The notes under the pieces: generated by a model
Databases searched by the model: none
Told to the model about the DNA's origin: nothing
What the model saw: only the letters and a program-made list of their open reading frames with translations
DNA from: Raillietiella orientalis
Lineage: Eukaryota
Assembly: GCA_036172245.1 (NCBI GenBank)
Contig: JAYWIR010000049.1
Span: forward strand, 930,001 to 994,000
Direction of reading: 5' to 3'
Length of the DNA: 64,000 nucleotides
Program-made: the position numbers and the translations under genes
Shown: positions 36,242-49,160 of the stretch, in pieces
Position numbering within the stretch: the stretch's first letter is position 1
Layout of the letters: each line of letters starts with the position of its first letter

Positions 36242-39200
36242 ATGTCTTATGAGAATTTCCAGCATGAATTGAGGCGGTTTTCCTCACCGATCCCTTTACA
36301 AATTACGGAAGTCCTGGTATCTATTAAAAGTAAGGTTTCTCATTTCTGCAGTCATTTTACATGACTAAAAATGTTGCAATAAATTTTTCAAGGATAGCTT
36401 TATTAAAGTGGTTATAATAAGTAACAAAGAAGCAAAATAGCTCAATAATAAGTAAACTTTCGTTTTTTTTCTGATAGTTTTGATCTAATTTGATTTGTCT
36501 GATGGAAGCACTAATCCAATAATAAGCCAGTCATTAGTGTATATAAAATTGGTGGCAGTACATGTTTTTGTAACCAGTGGTCAAGTAAAAAAAATGCTAT
36601 TTTTTAAAATTATTTGAATACGATTGAAAAAATAGCATTTAAAGTACTAATTTGTAAAAATCTTTATTTATATTTAATCGTTAGATAATGAAGTTACCCA
36701 GTTCAAAATATGCAATTCTGGATGGGCTTGGCTGGTATGGGGACGCCGTTTGTTGATATGGCAGTTTTATGTTTCAACAAATGAGAAAACTAATTGTCCA
36801 TGTAGAGAGCTGACACTTGCGGCTAGCGAACTTGCTTACAAGGCCGATCTTATTTATGTGTATGCCAAAAAAGAGCAGATTGTGCCATCATGTGTTGCAG
36901 TCAGTCCTGAAGGAGGAATTAGATATTGGCCTAACATTGCTCATGAAAATTCTTATGTAGAAATCAATGCAGAACTACAGGTAATATATGATTGTTAATA
37001 GAAGTCTTTAAAAATATTTTTCTCAGGGTCAGGAATGTGATTTTATTTTGCCTCTTTCTTCAGACAGTTATGTTTTGGCCACAACAACTGGGAATCTGCT
37101 TTTTCTGAATATTGGATCTTCGCGTGGCCATCATGTGATGAGTTGTCGGCACTTGAGATCTTCTCATAGCGTTTTGGAAGGATTTAGTCGTCGACTCTCA
37201 TCCATGATTTTTGGCAATCTTCCTAGTCAAGCAGGAGAAACTGTAAGAAGTCAGTCTTAGAAGAATCATTAACAGCATTTGTTTAGCAGAGGCTCATCAA
37301 GATAGTGGCTACTATAAGTCAGCAAAACACTTATGTTTTTGTACTTTGCAATGATTCTTTAAAAAAATGGTGCCTGAAAGATGGGGAAGGCGATCTGCTT
37401 TATGCTTGTGAAATAAGCAAACTTATGAAGGAGAGTTTCATTAACAGTATGTGGGTGAGTGCTATAGACAGATGTTAGGGGTCTATACAATAGTAGTAGG
37501 GACGGGGAACATGTGAGCATGCTGATTTGGATGCCTACCTTCTTGACATGCAGATTCATGGAGGAGATTTGTTTATTTTGGGAGCTTTTCATAAAAAGGA
37601 TTCTGCAGAAACGTTGCATACTGGCATAGGTAGAAATTAGGCCATCTGAATAGTTATTAAGTAGAGTTTTTGTACTTCAGGACTGATCAAAGTTAACAGT
37701 CCAGCACCCCTCATTTCCCTTCCCCAGTTTTGGGTATTTCAAGCTACTAATTATGCTATCGATATTCTAAGAAGCCACATGCTTATTTTGAATCAAAGAG
37801 CTGCTTTCTTATATCAAGATAGATATATTGTCTGCTTGGCAATTAATCCAGCTCATCATCAGTTAGAAGAAGTTGATCAGCTGCAGTTGCCTTCTCCTCG
37901 AGACTATTTATTGGGTGCTGGTGTTTTTCAGGGGATGCCATTGTTTTTATCCTTTTTGGATGGTTTGCTTGTGCTGAATGGAAGGTAAGGTATCTTTACA
38001 GTGCATAGTAATTATTTTTTCTTTCAGATTATGTCAAAGTACAGATCTAGACATGGATGGGATAGAATCTCAACCAATAGATAGCTTGCTAGATGGTTCC
38101 TTTCAGATGCAGATGCTTTCTAAAAGCATGAATAGCTTTATTCAGAGACAGGATGTGCCCGAACAATTGTGGACAGCATTTTTATTGTTCTTGCAGAAAA
38201 AAATGGTAGATAATTTTATTTAATTATATAATTGATGCTGTTTCAGAATCAAAGTACCCAGTTAGTGTCTGCTGCATTTTCGGATTCTAGTTTGCGCATT
38301 CAGAGTGTTCAGTCCTCACTAGATGTTGCAGTTCTGCAACTAAGTGATTCTTTATTAGACGACAGACCTGCACAAGATCCTCGTTGGCTGGAGTCTCAGC
38401 GAACAAGTGGATCATCTTTATTAGCCAATAATTCTTTGCTTATTTTGCAACAGCTGGAGCAAAAGCTCCAAGTTCATGAGCTCTACATTTATTTTTTAAA
38501 GTACACTCATCTTTGGACTAAGGTACATATCTGACATGTATACAGAGTTAGTAATTTTTTTAGCTGGGAGTATGTTTTTCTCATGGAGCCTTGATGCCTA
38601 CTGCCCAGCTTTTGGGACAGAATTCCGAAAAGTTGGTTGCAGCTAATAACTTGAAAAAACTTCAAGCTCAGTAAGAAATGTTTACAATGGACTTTCCCAA
38701 GTTGGTTTTTTTTAGATATGCAAAAATTCTTGGCCCAACTATAACTAAAGTCAATGTCAGCATCCGTAATGATCTTCCCAAAGGAGAGTTGACTCATCAA
38801 GATATCTTTTTTACAAAAGTGAGCCAAATAGAAGATATTGTTGTTGCTTTGATTCAAAATCTCCAAGAAGTCACTACAGGGCAGGATGGATCTGGGGAAT
38901 TTTTAGATGTTCTTCAAAATACCAATCACATTCTTTTAGTAAGGCGCCTATTTAAAGAATTTTGCTATTAGTTGTATCAGACCATCTTGCAAGAAGCTGT
39001 TCATTACCGTGAGCAAAAGAGATTGGAATATATGCCAGGATTACTCACTGTTCCTTATGAGTTCATTCCATGGATTGGGGGCTTGCGGGGAGAAGGATTA
39101 TGTGAATCCCTTAAAAAACTTGTGAGTCGGATTTAATTTGGTCATCATCATTGCCTAATTATTTCAGTATGTTCTGAACTTAGAATGGGGTATTAAGCTT

Positions 39201-40459
39201 GCTGAAAGTGAATCCACTCAAGATGCTGTTTATCAGCAGCTCTTGGAATTGGCTGATCTTTTGCTCAATTCTCTCAAGTACCACCTGGACAGTTTGCATG
39301 GAGAAGCCATGCAGCAGCTTCGACCAATTTATGAAACAGAGCGCCATAATTTAATTCTTCCTTTCCGTAAGCAAATTTTTTGCTTTTTGAGGTGAGATCT
39401 ATTAGTTTTTCAGTTGAAAGGCAACAGTTCTCGAGGTGTGCAGTGCTAGCAGAAAAGTATCAGGATTTGAGTATCTTGGTTCAGTTATGTGATGCATGTG
39501 GAAAGTCAGAACGCCTACAAGATTACTTGCACCAGTTCGAAGAGGAAGTAAGTGTTTATTTTTTGTAGATGCTATTTGTTTATCATTCAAATATTAGGGA
39601 ATATTTCAGGAAGTTTTTAACTGGTTTTATAGCCAAGGAAGATTTCAACAGCTGATAGAATTATCATGTAAAAATCCTTCCAAGCTTCGTCCTTTGTTGG
39701 AAGTTAATCCAACTTTAGCCTGGTTGCATGATATGCAAATCTGTGACTATTCTAGGGCTTCAAAAAGTCAGAAGGTTATGGCGCAAAATGAGAAATCTAG
39801 CTTGCATCACAAGAAGGTAGGTTAATCTGAAGTGAGCTTGGTCACATATCTGGTTTCAGTACTTGCTTTACCTTAGCAAATTATCAGCTCTGTTAGGTGA
39901 GGCAGATGAACATGTACTTAATGAAATAGAGTGGGAATTGGGACTTGTGTTCCTTCAAGAATCGTTACCTCCTAGAATTTTGGAAATATCAGGAATGAAA
40001 GAGGATAACATGTGGGTTTTCAGTCCTGAAAGTCTAATCGAGGTCTGTATGTCTTATTGCTATCAGATTATATCACTTTTTGTGTAGTTATTCATTAATG
40101 CCGATAATGTAGCGGCAGATGCTATAGATTTCAAAAAAGCTCTTGATATACTGAAGTACGTTTCTACTGAGAAAAATAAGGAAGAACTGAAAAAGCACAT
40201 ATGGTGTCAAAGCATTCTGCATGATGTGTGGGATGTATTTGATCCTGATGACATTGGGAAAGTTTGTGGAGATGCTCTTTTCTTTCGTCTTGTAGAGCTG
40301 TGTTTAGCACATAACTGCACTGAAGATGTCTTACCAACTACTGAAGATTTGCTAGCTTGTGAAGAGTTAGGGGAACTTAGAGATGATGTTAAATTCAAAT
40401 ATCTTTTGAAAGCAGGCTATGAACACCTGAGTCATGTTTACAATGCGAACTTGGTATAA
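36242..40459 (+). CDS. NUP133: Nuclear pore complex protein Nup133, about 15 exons; 5' end uncertain
   Basis: FSSPIPLQITEVL, SGWAWLVWGRRLLIW, CRELTL, VAVSPEGGIRYWPNIAHE, LLDDRPAQDPRW, LLILQQLEQK, LTHQDIFFTKVS, LAEKYQD, LAWLHD, LSKLSALL, DFKKALDIL, LKAGYEH. GT-AG introns in phase; AATAAA at 40536. Confidence 0.93.
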
Positions 40460-41069
40460 TATTGTATGCAGTGCCATTGCTTAAGCAGCTGTATTTAAGT
40501 ATGTAAATACGAACTTAAAAAATTATTGTTGGACAAATAAAGATTTGTAATGGAATTTCGATGGGATAAACGATCTTTTATCGATTTCTTTTAGTGATTG
40601 TTATTGTGAATTAGCCAATAGAGCACATTGCAATAAATAAAAGTGAAGTTTAAGAACACGGTAAAAGCTGAAACGTGAAAAAAATTCATGTGGAAAATTA
40701 TTCTTTCGCAAACATAATGAAAATCATTACTTTGATCAACATCGAAGATAGAAATAACTATTCCTTTATTCAAAAAGTTGCTTCTGTTTACAATTATGCT
40801 GAGTCAAAGGTTGCATTACGTTTACTGGTCATCATCAGAAGACAAAAACAATCACAAGAGTAGAAGACAAATGACTACCGGTAGCCGCTCAGCTGAGCTT
40901 TAAAGTCACTTTGGAGATAAATTATGTTATTCGCAAATATGAAGCAAAATTAAGAGACATCAAAGCAAGCATCCTGGCTATTCTCAGAGTAAGGCAATGG
41001 ATCCCGCAGCGCCTTAAACCGCTCCAATAGTTGATTATCTTCTTGGAGTCGCCTATCCAAAGTCTGTTG

Positions 41070-41680
41070 GAACATCAACGGGCTACGAAACGGTGACAAG
41101 GGGCGATGCATAGACGCCACCCTGGTGTCCTTCGATCTGGTTCTCCAGGGAACCCATGAGATCTCCCAGGATGAGAAGCAGATATTGAAGTCCACATGGA
41201 AGGTCTGCTGCTGTACCAAAATGGCGCGAGGCACGCGCGTAAAACGGTCTTCGACAAGGTCGGAAGAGTGGACAGTGGACCAGCTTCTACTGCGCTGATC
41301 TCCGTCCGTCGACTTTGTCGTACCTAACATCTACGCTCCTCCGAGGAACAGCTCCTTAGAAAGATAAGAAGGCGGGCCCGCTTTCGGATGCTCAAAGAGC
41401 AGTGGCTGAGAGATTCAGACCCACGCGAATGTCACCACCTAGTGGCAAGGGACTTCAATGTGCCAACGTCTCCCTGCACCTCCAGGACGCTGGAGGGAGA
41501 TGAGTGTCTCCGTATGGTCTTTGAGATGTTCGTTAAAGTGCAGACATCCGACCTTCTCTCCAGAGAACCGGGGATGAAGGGAGAGATTGACTACGCCTTT
41601 TTCAGTGACCATCTGCACTCGCAAGCGGCAAAACGGAAGGATACGATCGTTGCTTTCCGACCATCCCCCTCTCGAATTTG
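41070..41680 (+). mobile_element. Degenerate LINE apurinic endonuclease domain
   Basis: Motifs in APE order: DLVLQGTH (resembles LQETH), VPNIYAP, LVARDFNV (resembles GDFN), EIDYAFFS; frameshifted. Confidence 0.75.
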
Positions 41681-43758
41681 ACCTGCTTCCCAGAATCAAA
41701 GACCCTGGCTAACATGAGGGACAGGTGAGCTAGAACTTGTGGAAATGAGGAAGCTCTCATTCATCCTCGTCCATGAGACCGTCACCTTTAGGTGTGGAAT
41801 TTGTTTTGAGACTGCCATACGGGAGCTCCGCCTCAGGATTTTGCTTCATATGTTGCCTCGGGTTCGAGAAAGAAGTGGGAAATAGCTGAGCGTTCCAAAC
41901 CTGCCACTGACCTGACCCACGGAAGTTGGTGGGGCACAAGGCACAGTTCGAGGGCAAACCTGGAAGTCCAGAGTAACTTTCCTGCTAGACAATAGAAGAG
42001 CTCTTAAGGCCTGTGTAAATCCACGACTTCTTTTAACTGCTACTCCTGTTACCCCAGTCTACTCTCGCAGCCGGACTCGAGGTATTCTTCGATCTAGTAA
42101 AGGAGCAGGCATGGTGACCAACAAACTAAAGTCCCCTGTCGTACCCGCCGGGTCGATGCGGGCAAAGCGACCCGATTGAGCCTGGCTGGGCATTCGTGTT
42201 GGAGAAACGATAGTGTTCTTCTAGTGGAGCTTCACTTGTCAGAAGCATGGCCCCGTTCGTGATCCTTTGACAGTGTGTTACTCAGGAATCCAGAATCTCC
42301 TTTCATAATACATAGGAATTGGTTGGCATGATCAACCAAAAACTATAAAGATGAATACAATTTAAGAACCACAGTCACTTTGTGACTACCAGGAAACAAT
42401 GTTTCAGTGTATTGAGTCATAATTCATCACGGATCCTTGCGAGTTGCTGGTTATGAAAATGGACGGAACATTCGATATTACATTCGACACTCTCACAAAC
42501 GTCATCAGTTTCAAAATTCAAACTATCACTTATAGTTTAAAAAAAATCATAGATTTCTTCGAAGTTGATTATTGGATTTCCGTTATTTCATGGTTTCTAC
42601 CCATATCATTACAATATGTTACTTAATATATTCATACTCATACTCAATTGCAGATTTTTTTTTACAATTATTCATCATATTTCCTTGATGAAATCAGCAG
42701 AAATGGCTCTTTTTAACAGAAAGCGTATAAATATAGTGCTGACCTCTTTTGCTTGTGTTCAAATAGATCTTATTCTTTCATGAAACTTGTTTCAGGCTTT
42801 ACTTGGTTTCGGCTCCGATGTCGATTTTGTACCGAAAATTTGATGTATCATTCAGATTTTTCGGTGCACATATTGGATGCAGTCAGCAGTTTCTCCCAGT
42901 TTTCTCAACTTGAAATGATGACGTCATAGGAAATTAATGTATGACGTGTAATTTGGCGTGCTTTTCCAAATCCCGCTGGTGTTCCCCGTATTGTCCGACA
43001 GTGTGGGTGTTGAAGAATTCTCTCTTTTTCTCTTGAGAAATGAATCGAGACTGTCCTTAAAATCATTTTGCTTTCAAACATGTTGTCTTTATTTCTGGGT
43101 GATAGTGGTTTCATCAGATTTTAATTAGTAATTTGACTTTCAGTGTTGAGAAAAAGCAGCAGGGTACTAAGATTACTTTTTTTTTTTCTATTCAGAAGTA
43201 AGGAACGAAAACTTTTCAGAGCTTTGAATTCCAGTGATTCATAGTTATGTTCGTATCTATTTATTTGTGAATTATTTGTTTATCGTGACTGTTCTGTTCA
43301 AATAATGAGGTACCAGAACTGAACCCATCCCGAATATATGAAATCTGTCCGAATTTTTTCGTTTCGTTACGATGCAGAATTGTAAAATCCATTGATTGGA
43401 ATTCCCGTCACAAATTTAACAACTCATGACAAGAATTCACTTATTTTACATATAATAATTTTTTACGATTTCCAAGGTAATTTGCCAATTTATTCATTCG
43501 TCATAGGTTTTTCAAACAATGAAGGTATTCCAAGGCAATTATTAGGAAACAGTTATGCCACGGAGTTACCTGCCCACGTTATTCATTTATGAAGCACTAT
43601 TTGTGTATTGAAACACCAACTCATTTGCTTGCATATATTTATCTGTAGTAGTAGCAGTTAGAATGATCTCCAGTGCAAGACTGGATTCAGTGTAGTTACA
43701 AACTTTTATGCAATGCTTAAAATAATCTCCAATAGGAGATATGAATTTCATGGAAAAG

Positions 43759-45216
43759 CTACAACAAGATGCGGTACTTCTCTGATCTTGGAACACGATT
43801 AATAACCAAGCGTCCATCATAGCTAAGTGATGCAAATAGCCATGGGTCACAATTGGACCATTCTACACAATAAACTGAATCTTCATGTTCTTCATATGTA
43901 TGCAGTACACCATCTTCTAGTTTACTTCTGAATGTATCAATTCATATTAATGAATCACTAACTGATACATGCCTAGATGATTCAGTTGCATCCTCCTCAG
44001 CATATGGGCCATAAGGTTCTGAGGAGCAAGATGCCAATGACAGGAGCACAACACGAAAATCGCTGCTTGCTGTCAACAGCAACTGGTCATGGAATGGGTT
44101 GTATCTCACATACCACACCCTAATTGTACATTATAAACAAATTCCTATAGTTTGCATACCAGTGAGAATGATCTTTTCTGGATAGTAAAGACTGTTTGGG
44201 GCTACGCAGATCCCATAACTTGGTCTGACAGTCATCTCCACAACTAGCCACAATATACTGTCGATTGGGGTTGAAACTAACACTCCTAACAAACTTTTAA
44301 ACTTAAATTCTTTTTTCTCACCTTACAATATCAGCATGGGCATGATCAATAGACTGACAAATTTTATTCACTTGCAAATCCCAAACATATAGACTTCTAT
44401 CCTGGCATGTGAGGAACTGCCTTGCATTTTGATGAGGATTCCAGCTACCGGTAGTAAATTTAAAATGGTTCTTTTCCTGAGGACTTATTTCTTGAATCAA
44501 CTAAGATGACAGTATAGTGATGCTTAACATGATCTACCTTAGCTTCAGATAGTTGGTAATTGACATCATACAACTTTCCCCTGTTATCAGCAAGAAGCAT
44601 TATCAAACTGCTTGCATTGGGCTCCCAATAGCTGCCTCGTAGCCACTGACTCTGTCCATCCACAGACAGCTTGCATACCAATTGCAATGAGGATATTTTG
44701 GACTGGTCATCAAAGAGGCAATCTTGAGGAGGAAGTTGCCATATGGCACATTCTGGTCTACAGTCCATCTCTAACACTAATGTCTGAATTTTTCTCCTAC
44801 ATCTTGCATCTCACCCAGATTGTAACAGGTAGTAAATATTTCTTCTGAACTGGGACTGCAAGCAATGTTCCATATTTCTCCTTGATGGAGAAATACTTCT
44901 TTGAGAAGCTGATTGTTCTCTTCATCAAATTCCAACAAATGAACTTGGTTTTTTTGTCTAATTGACTGGGTCCCTACTAAGAATCTAGCATGATCGGATT
45001 CACACTGGAATGATGCTAATGCTCGGGCCTGAAAGATTAAAAATTAATTTATGCACTAATCCTAATGTATAAGCTAATTTATTTGACCCAACATATAAAT
45101 ATTCCTTTTGGTCCATGACTATTCTGCTATTAAATGCACAGCTGAAAATGAGTATGAATACGGTTTTGAAGTACCTGAAACTCCAGTCCATATATGACAG
45201 GTGCTTCCTTTTCCAT
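43759..45216 (-). CDS. EIPR1: EARP/GARP-interacting WD40 protein EIPR1 (TSSC1), 7 exons
   Basis: [18 protein letters not shown]...[10 protein letters not shown]...FTTGSWNPH...[19 protein letters not shown]...[24 protein letters not shown]...[11 protein letters not shown]...[14 protein letters not shown]...KYRILL*. Confidence 0.95.
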
Positions 45217-46979
45217 GAATTTGCATTTATTTGGAAGTGGACACAAGTAAACCGATTTATTGTGCACAGTTTTGGATACAATGGGCAAAATGTTATATTC
45301 CTTTATAAATGTAAATTACCACTCCTGTAAAGCACAGATTTCAGCACTATTACTGTACAAAGAAACTTAAAGAACTGTAGAATTCCCAAATTAAATTTGA
45401 GATCCAATCGATAACACTGGGAGATTATAGGTAGCTGTGCTCCTCAAACCAAAATGCAAACACACTATACATCAACTCATTTGAGCACTTACGAGCTGCA
45501 TGTGGTGTAAATGTTTATGTGTGTTTGCATAAATTAAGTCACTGGTGAACATAGTGGCAGAGGCTCTATGGACATGCTTCAGTGGTAAAACCATTCCTTT
45601 ATTTGCTTCTCATGAAAAAACACACACAAAAAAAAAACTTATAGAACGCACAACATCACTACTGCAAATACAAATCCTATACTTTCGGCAAAAGATTTGC
45701 AAACAGCCATGGGTTCCAATTAGGCAATTCCCGGTTTCCCGATAAACAAGTCGTTCGTTTTCTACGTGTGGTTAGGATATCTCAGGCATTTTCCGTTGCA
45801 ATCAGGTGCAGCAAAATCTATCGTTTGGCAGATTATGAATTTGTAAAATGCAGAAACAGCACGGTATTCGTGGCAGCATCCTTTTCGGCTCTCTCAGATG
45901 GAATTTCATCCGACAAATGCGACGTGAATGACCAGCTGTGGACCTTTGTCCGTATAAAACATATCGAACATTTAGAAACCCTCAGAGTTCTCCGATCCAT
46001 TTACCGTTCCGGCTGGAATTCATACGACGTCGTGCAAGTATTTGTTTTTATTATAGCATATTCTGAAGCAAGAATATTGCTCTCTGAATTGAAGTTTACT
46101 TGTTAAGGAATTACAGCGTGGCCACCACGAAAGGGAAATAAAAAATCAAATTGGTCCTCAAAAGGGGTCAAAAAAATTATGCTTGCATCTATGGAATACT
46201 CATCGGACTTAACTTTATACCGATATGCTTGATCAACGCAGTTCTGCATATTGAACGTTAAAAAATGTCTACCCAATACAGCAAGAAGAAGAAGAAACTG
46301 AATCGGAAACACTAGTAAGCAGTGTAAATAGAATACGAAAACAAAGAGCATTCACAACAGCCTATGGTTTTAGAAAATAGGAAGCCATACTTTTGAGAAA
46401 AGTATAGCCGCATCTTGGGTTGAACTACAAACTACAGAGCAGTGATATTTTTCGAATTCAACACGATTATGTGACAGTTTGTGTTTTTGCCAAATACACT
46501 ACTCCCTTTTCGAGTTCCTAAAAACAAAGTTGGCGAAACAATAATTTGGACTTATTGTTCTGTGGCTGTTTCTTTTTGATGATGCCTCTCTAATGAAAGA
46601 TTAATAAGAGTCTCTTTGGGGGATAATAATGTTTATCATCGTTATGATTTGCTTTACGCTTTATCTTTTCTTTTTTATCCTGAAAAAGTAAGAAATTCAC
46701 ATATTGATAAACACTGTACCGATGCCAAAAAATTCTGGAATTTCGGTAAACCCTAAGTGCATGACGAGACATTCTCAAGCTAATTTTGATTCTGACATGA
46801 AACCATATCTGTTATCTGCTGGCGACACTAAGAATTTATTTCTTCAAATCTCGAGCTTAAAAATAACTATCATTCCATTTACCTATCAACTCCTTTAAAC
46901 TTCAGCTTTATTAAAACAGCAGAAAAATTTAGTGTTTCACTGAAGCTAATCTCCAAGAAAAACGAACTACCATTCTAAT

Positions 46980-48620
46980 CATGAATGAGCGCCCCCAAAC
47001 GATCTTTCATTCGATGGAACGATCATTTTTGGAAGGGGGGGGGGGAGGAGAGAGGACACGTCTCCTGAAGTGGAACCTCGTGGACGAAGTGACCACTCTT
47101 ACGCAAGCATGCGTCCAAGCACCGTCGTTGTTCATTACATTTCCAAGGAAGGAGAAGTGGAAGTGGCCTTTTCTAAGACACTTAGCAAAGCACTTAGCAA
47201 AGGAGGCACTTAGCACCATGAACGAGTGGATGCTAAGGGAAAAGGCCCTCGGCAGAAAGTGGCTTGCCTAATACCAGATCGTTCTAAAAAATGTCCACTA
47301 CAGGACGCTCGTCAACAGTTCTCAAGCCTGCATAATGGGCATGCGAAGAGCACTCAGAACAAAAGGATACTCTGGGACAATGATAGGAAGCTCTCTAGAA
47401 GTATATGAGAAGCAAAGTAGTCCTGAAAAGGAACGAATGTAGCATCTCGCCTATGTCGTTCTCTTCCTCTTTCTTAAAGGAAGAAGATATAAGAGGGAAT
47501 CGATCCTAATCATGTACCACATGGAAAGAGGCCTTAGCTTCAAAAAATCAACTCTGGAAAACCGGATATCTTGTCAGCTGGTAACACGAACGCCGCTGAT
47601 TTGGAAAGCCTCGGTTCCCAGGAAGATAGAACCGGTGCAAATCTAAGTGAAATACCAGAAGGGTGTCCCTCTCCAAGTAAGGAGATAACATGAAAAATCT
47701 ATGCTAAAGGTAAAAGACGTCAGAAAGTACTTGGAGTTTGGAAAGAAGTCTTTATGGTGGGTTCTCCTTCCATAAACTCCGCTTAGCATGGCTGTCTCGT
47801 GGATTCTGTCAAAGCAGAGAAAAAAAAAAGACTGCTTATTCAGAGTACCCTGCTCTAGAGAGGAAGCTAGAATACCCTCGCGGACTAAAGAGAGGAAAGA
47901 GGTCTCGATGGGAAGTCATGGGGAATAGAGAAAAAGCTCCAGAGCATTCGGAACCGATTTCAGACACAGAACTCAGAAGAATGGCTCTTCCCTCCAGAAG
48001 GTGGAATAACCAAAGACTGGAATGCAATCTGAGTAGAAGATCATAATCAGTCTGATTTGGATGAAGAAGCAAGTGCTTCTCCGACCACTACAGAGAGAAA
48101 GGCACAGAGGAGTGAAGCATTTTGGAATATCTCAGACAGAACCAGCAGTGGAAGGACTTCGACCCTAACTATCAGAGTTCCATCCAATTGATCTTGAGAC
48201 TTGTCACCGACCTCCTAGAGAAAAAAAGATTCTTTTTCGATGACAATGGTCTAAAGTATGTTGCGAAATCAAGCGCCTTATGCAATTCCCCAAGTAAAGG
48301 AGCATTGCCCGAAACATCGATACTGCTCCCGCACATCGTCGTCATCTGTTGACCGTTAAAACCTCCATTGAGATTTCATGATTGATCGAGAAGACTTTAG
48401 GCGGTGGTCCTAAGGGTAATGTTAGAGGGAGACAACACTGTTTCGGAATATAAGCCCTACCACATCTTCGGGACAGATAACATTTGTCTTTGATTCCTAT
48501 TTCACCACAATAGGGAAGATTAGAAAGAAGAAGGATATCGGCTGAAGAAGACAGTTTCCAGCAGCACGAGGCAGCATGAGCTTGGCAGGAAGAGTAATCT
48601 CCATGAGAAGATATAGGAGA
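46980..48620 (+). mobile_element. Degenerate LINE reverse transcriptase and downstream region
   Basis: Broken frames KEALSTM..KALG, YQKGVPL (resembles RQG.PLS) and VRKYLEF (resembles KYLG); purine-rich sense strand. Confidence 0.5.
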
Positions 48621-48769
48621 GCATCAGCGGGGGCTTACCACACTATGCTGAGCAGAAAGTGACAAGAAGATGAAATCCTAATTCATTTTTGCTGCTTTCC
48701 ACATTGTCCTAATTTCTTTTTCTTTTCGGTTTTCTCTTTTTTAGCTCTCCAAGTACTCAAAAAGAGTTA

Positions 48770-49160
48770 AATCATCCCATAGGGGTCATCGGAGTGGCTC
48801 GATGCTGCCGCTGCATGGTTTCACACCGTTACTTGGGATGCTCTTCTCCACTTTCACGCACCGAAGATGCTCGTAAAGCAGGGAAGAGGAGACTGCGAAA
48901 GTACCACTCTCTTGATTCCTGGAGGTCGTCCCAAAGGCTCCACTTTCAATTTCCGGCTAATCAACGGGTCATCCAACCGCGGACACAGCAAGTCCTACAG
49001 ATGCACACTTGAAGCCCAGAGTCTTTCCAATTCTATCTTGTAATGGGATTCGAAACCCTCGACTCATCCAACTCGGCATCGATCCGTTACAGGGGTGACT
49101 CGAACCCGCCACCCTGAGTGCCGCGAGCGGATGTCCGGTCACACGACCAGCAGCGTGCGC
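48770..49160 (-). mobile_element. tRNA-derived SINE, copy 2
   Basis: B-box GGTTCGAGTC on the - strand (~49097-49106); collinear blocks shared with 23412-23670. Confidence 0.7.

Noticed and set aside
46420..46440. ACTACAAACTACA, resembling a ZNF143-type promoter motif upstream of EIPR1
   Set aside because: Only a partial match, and the transcription start is unknown.
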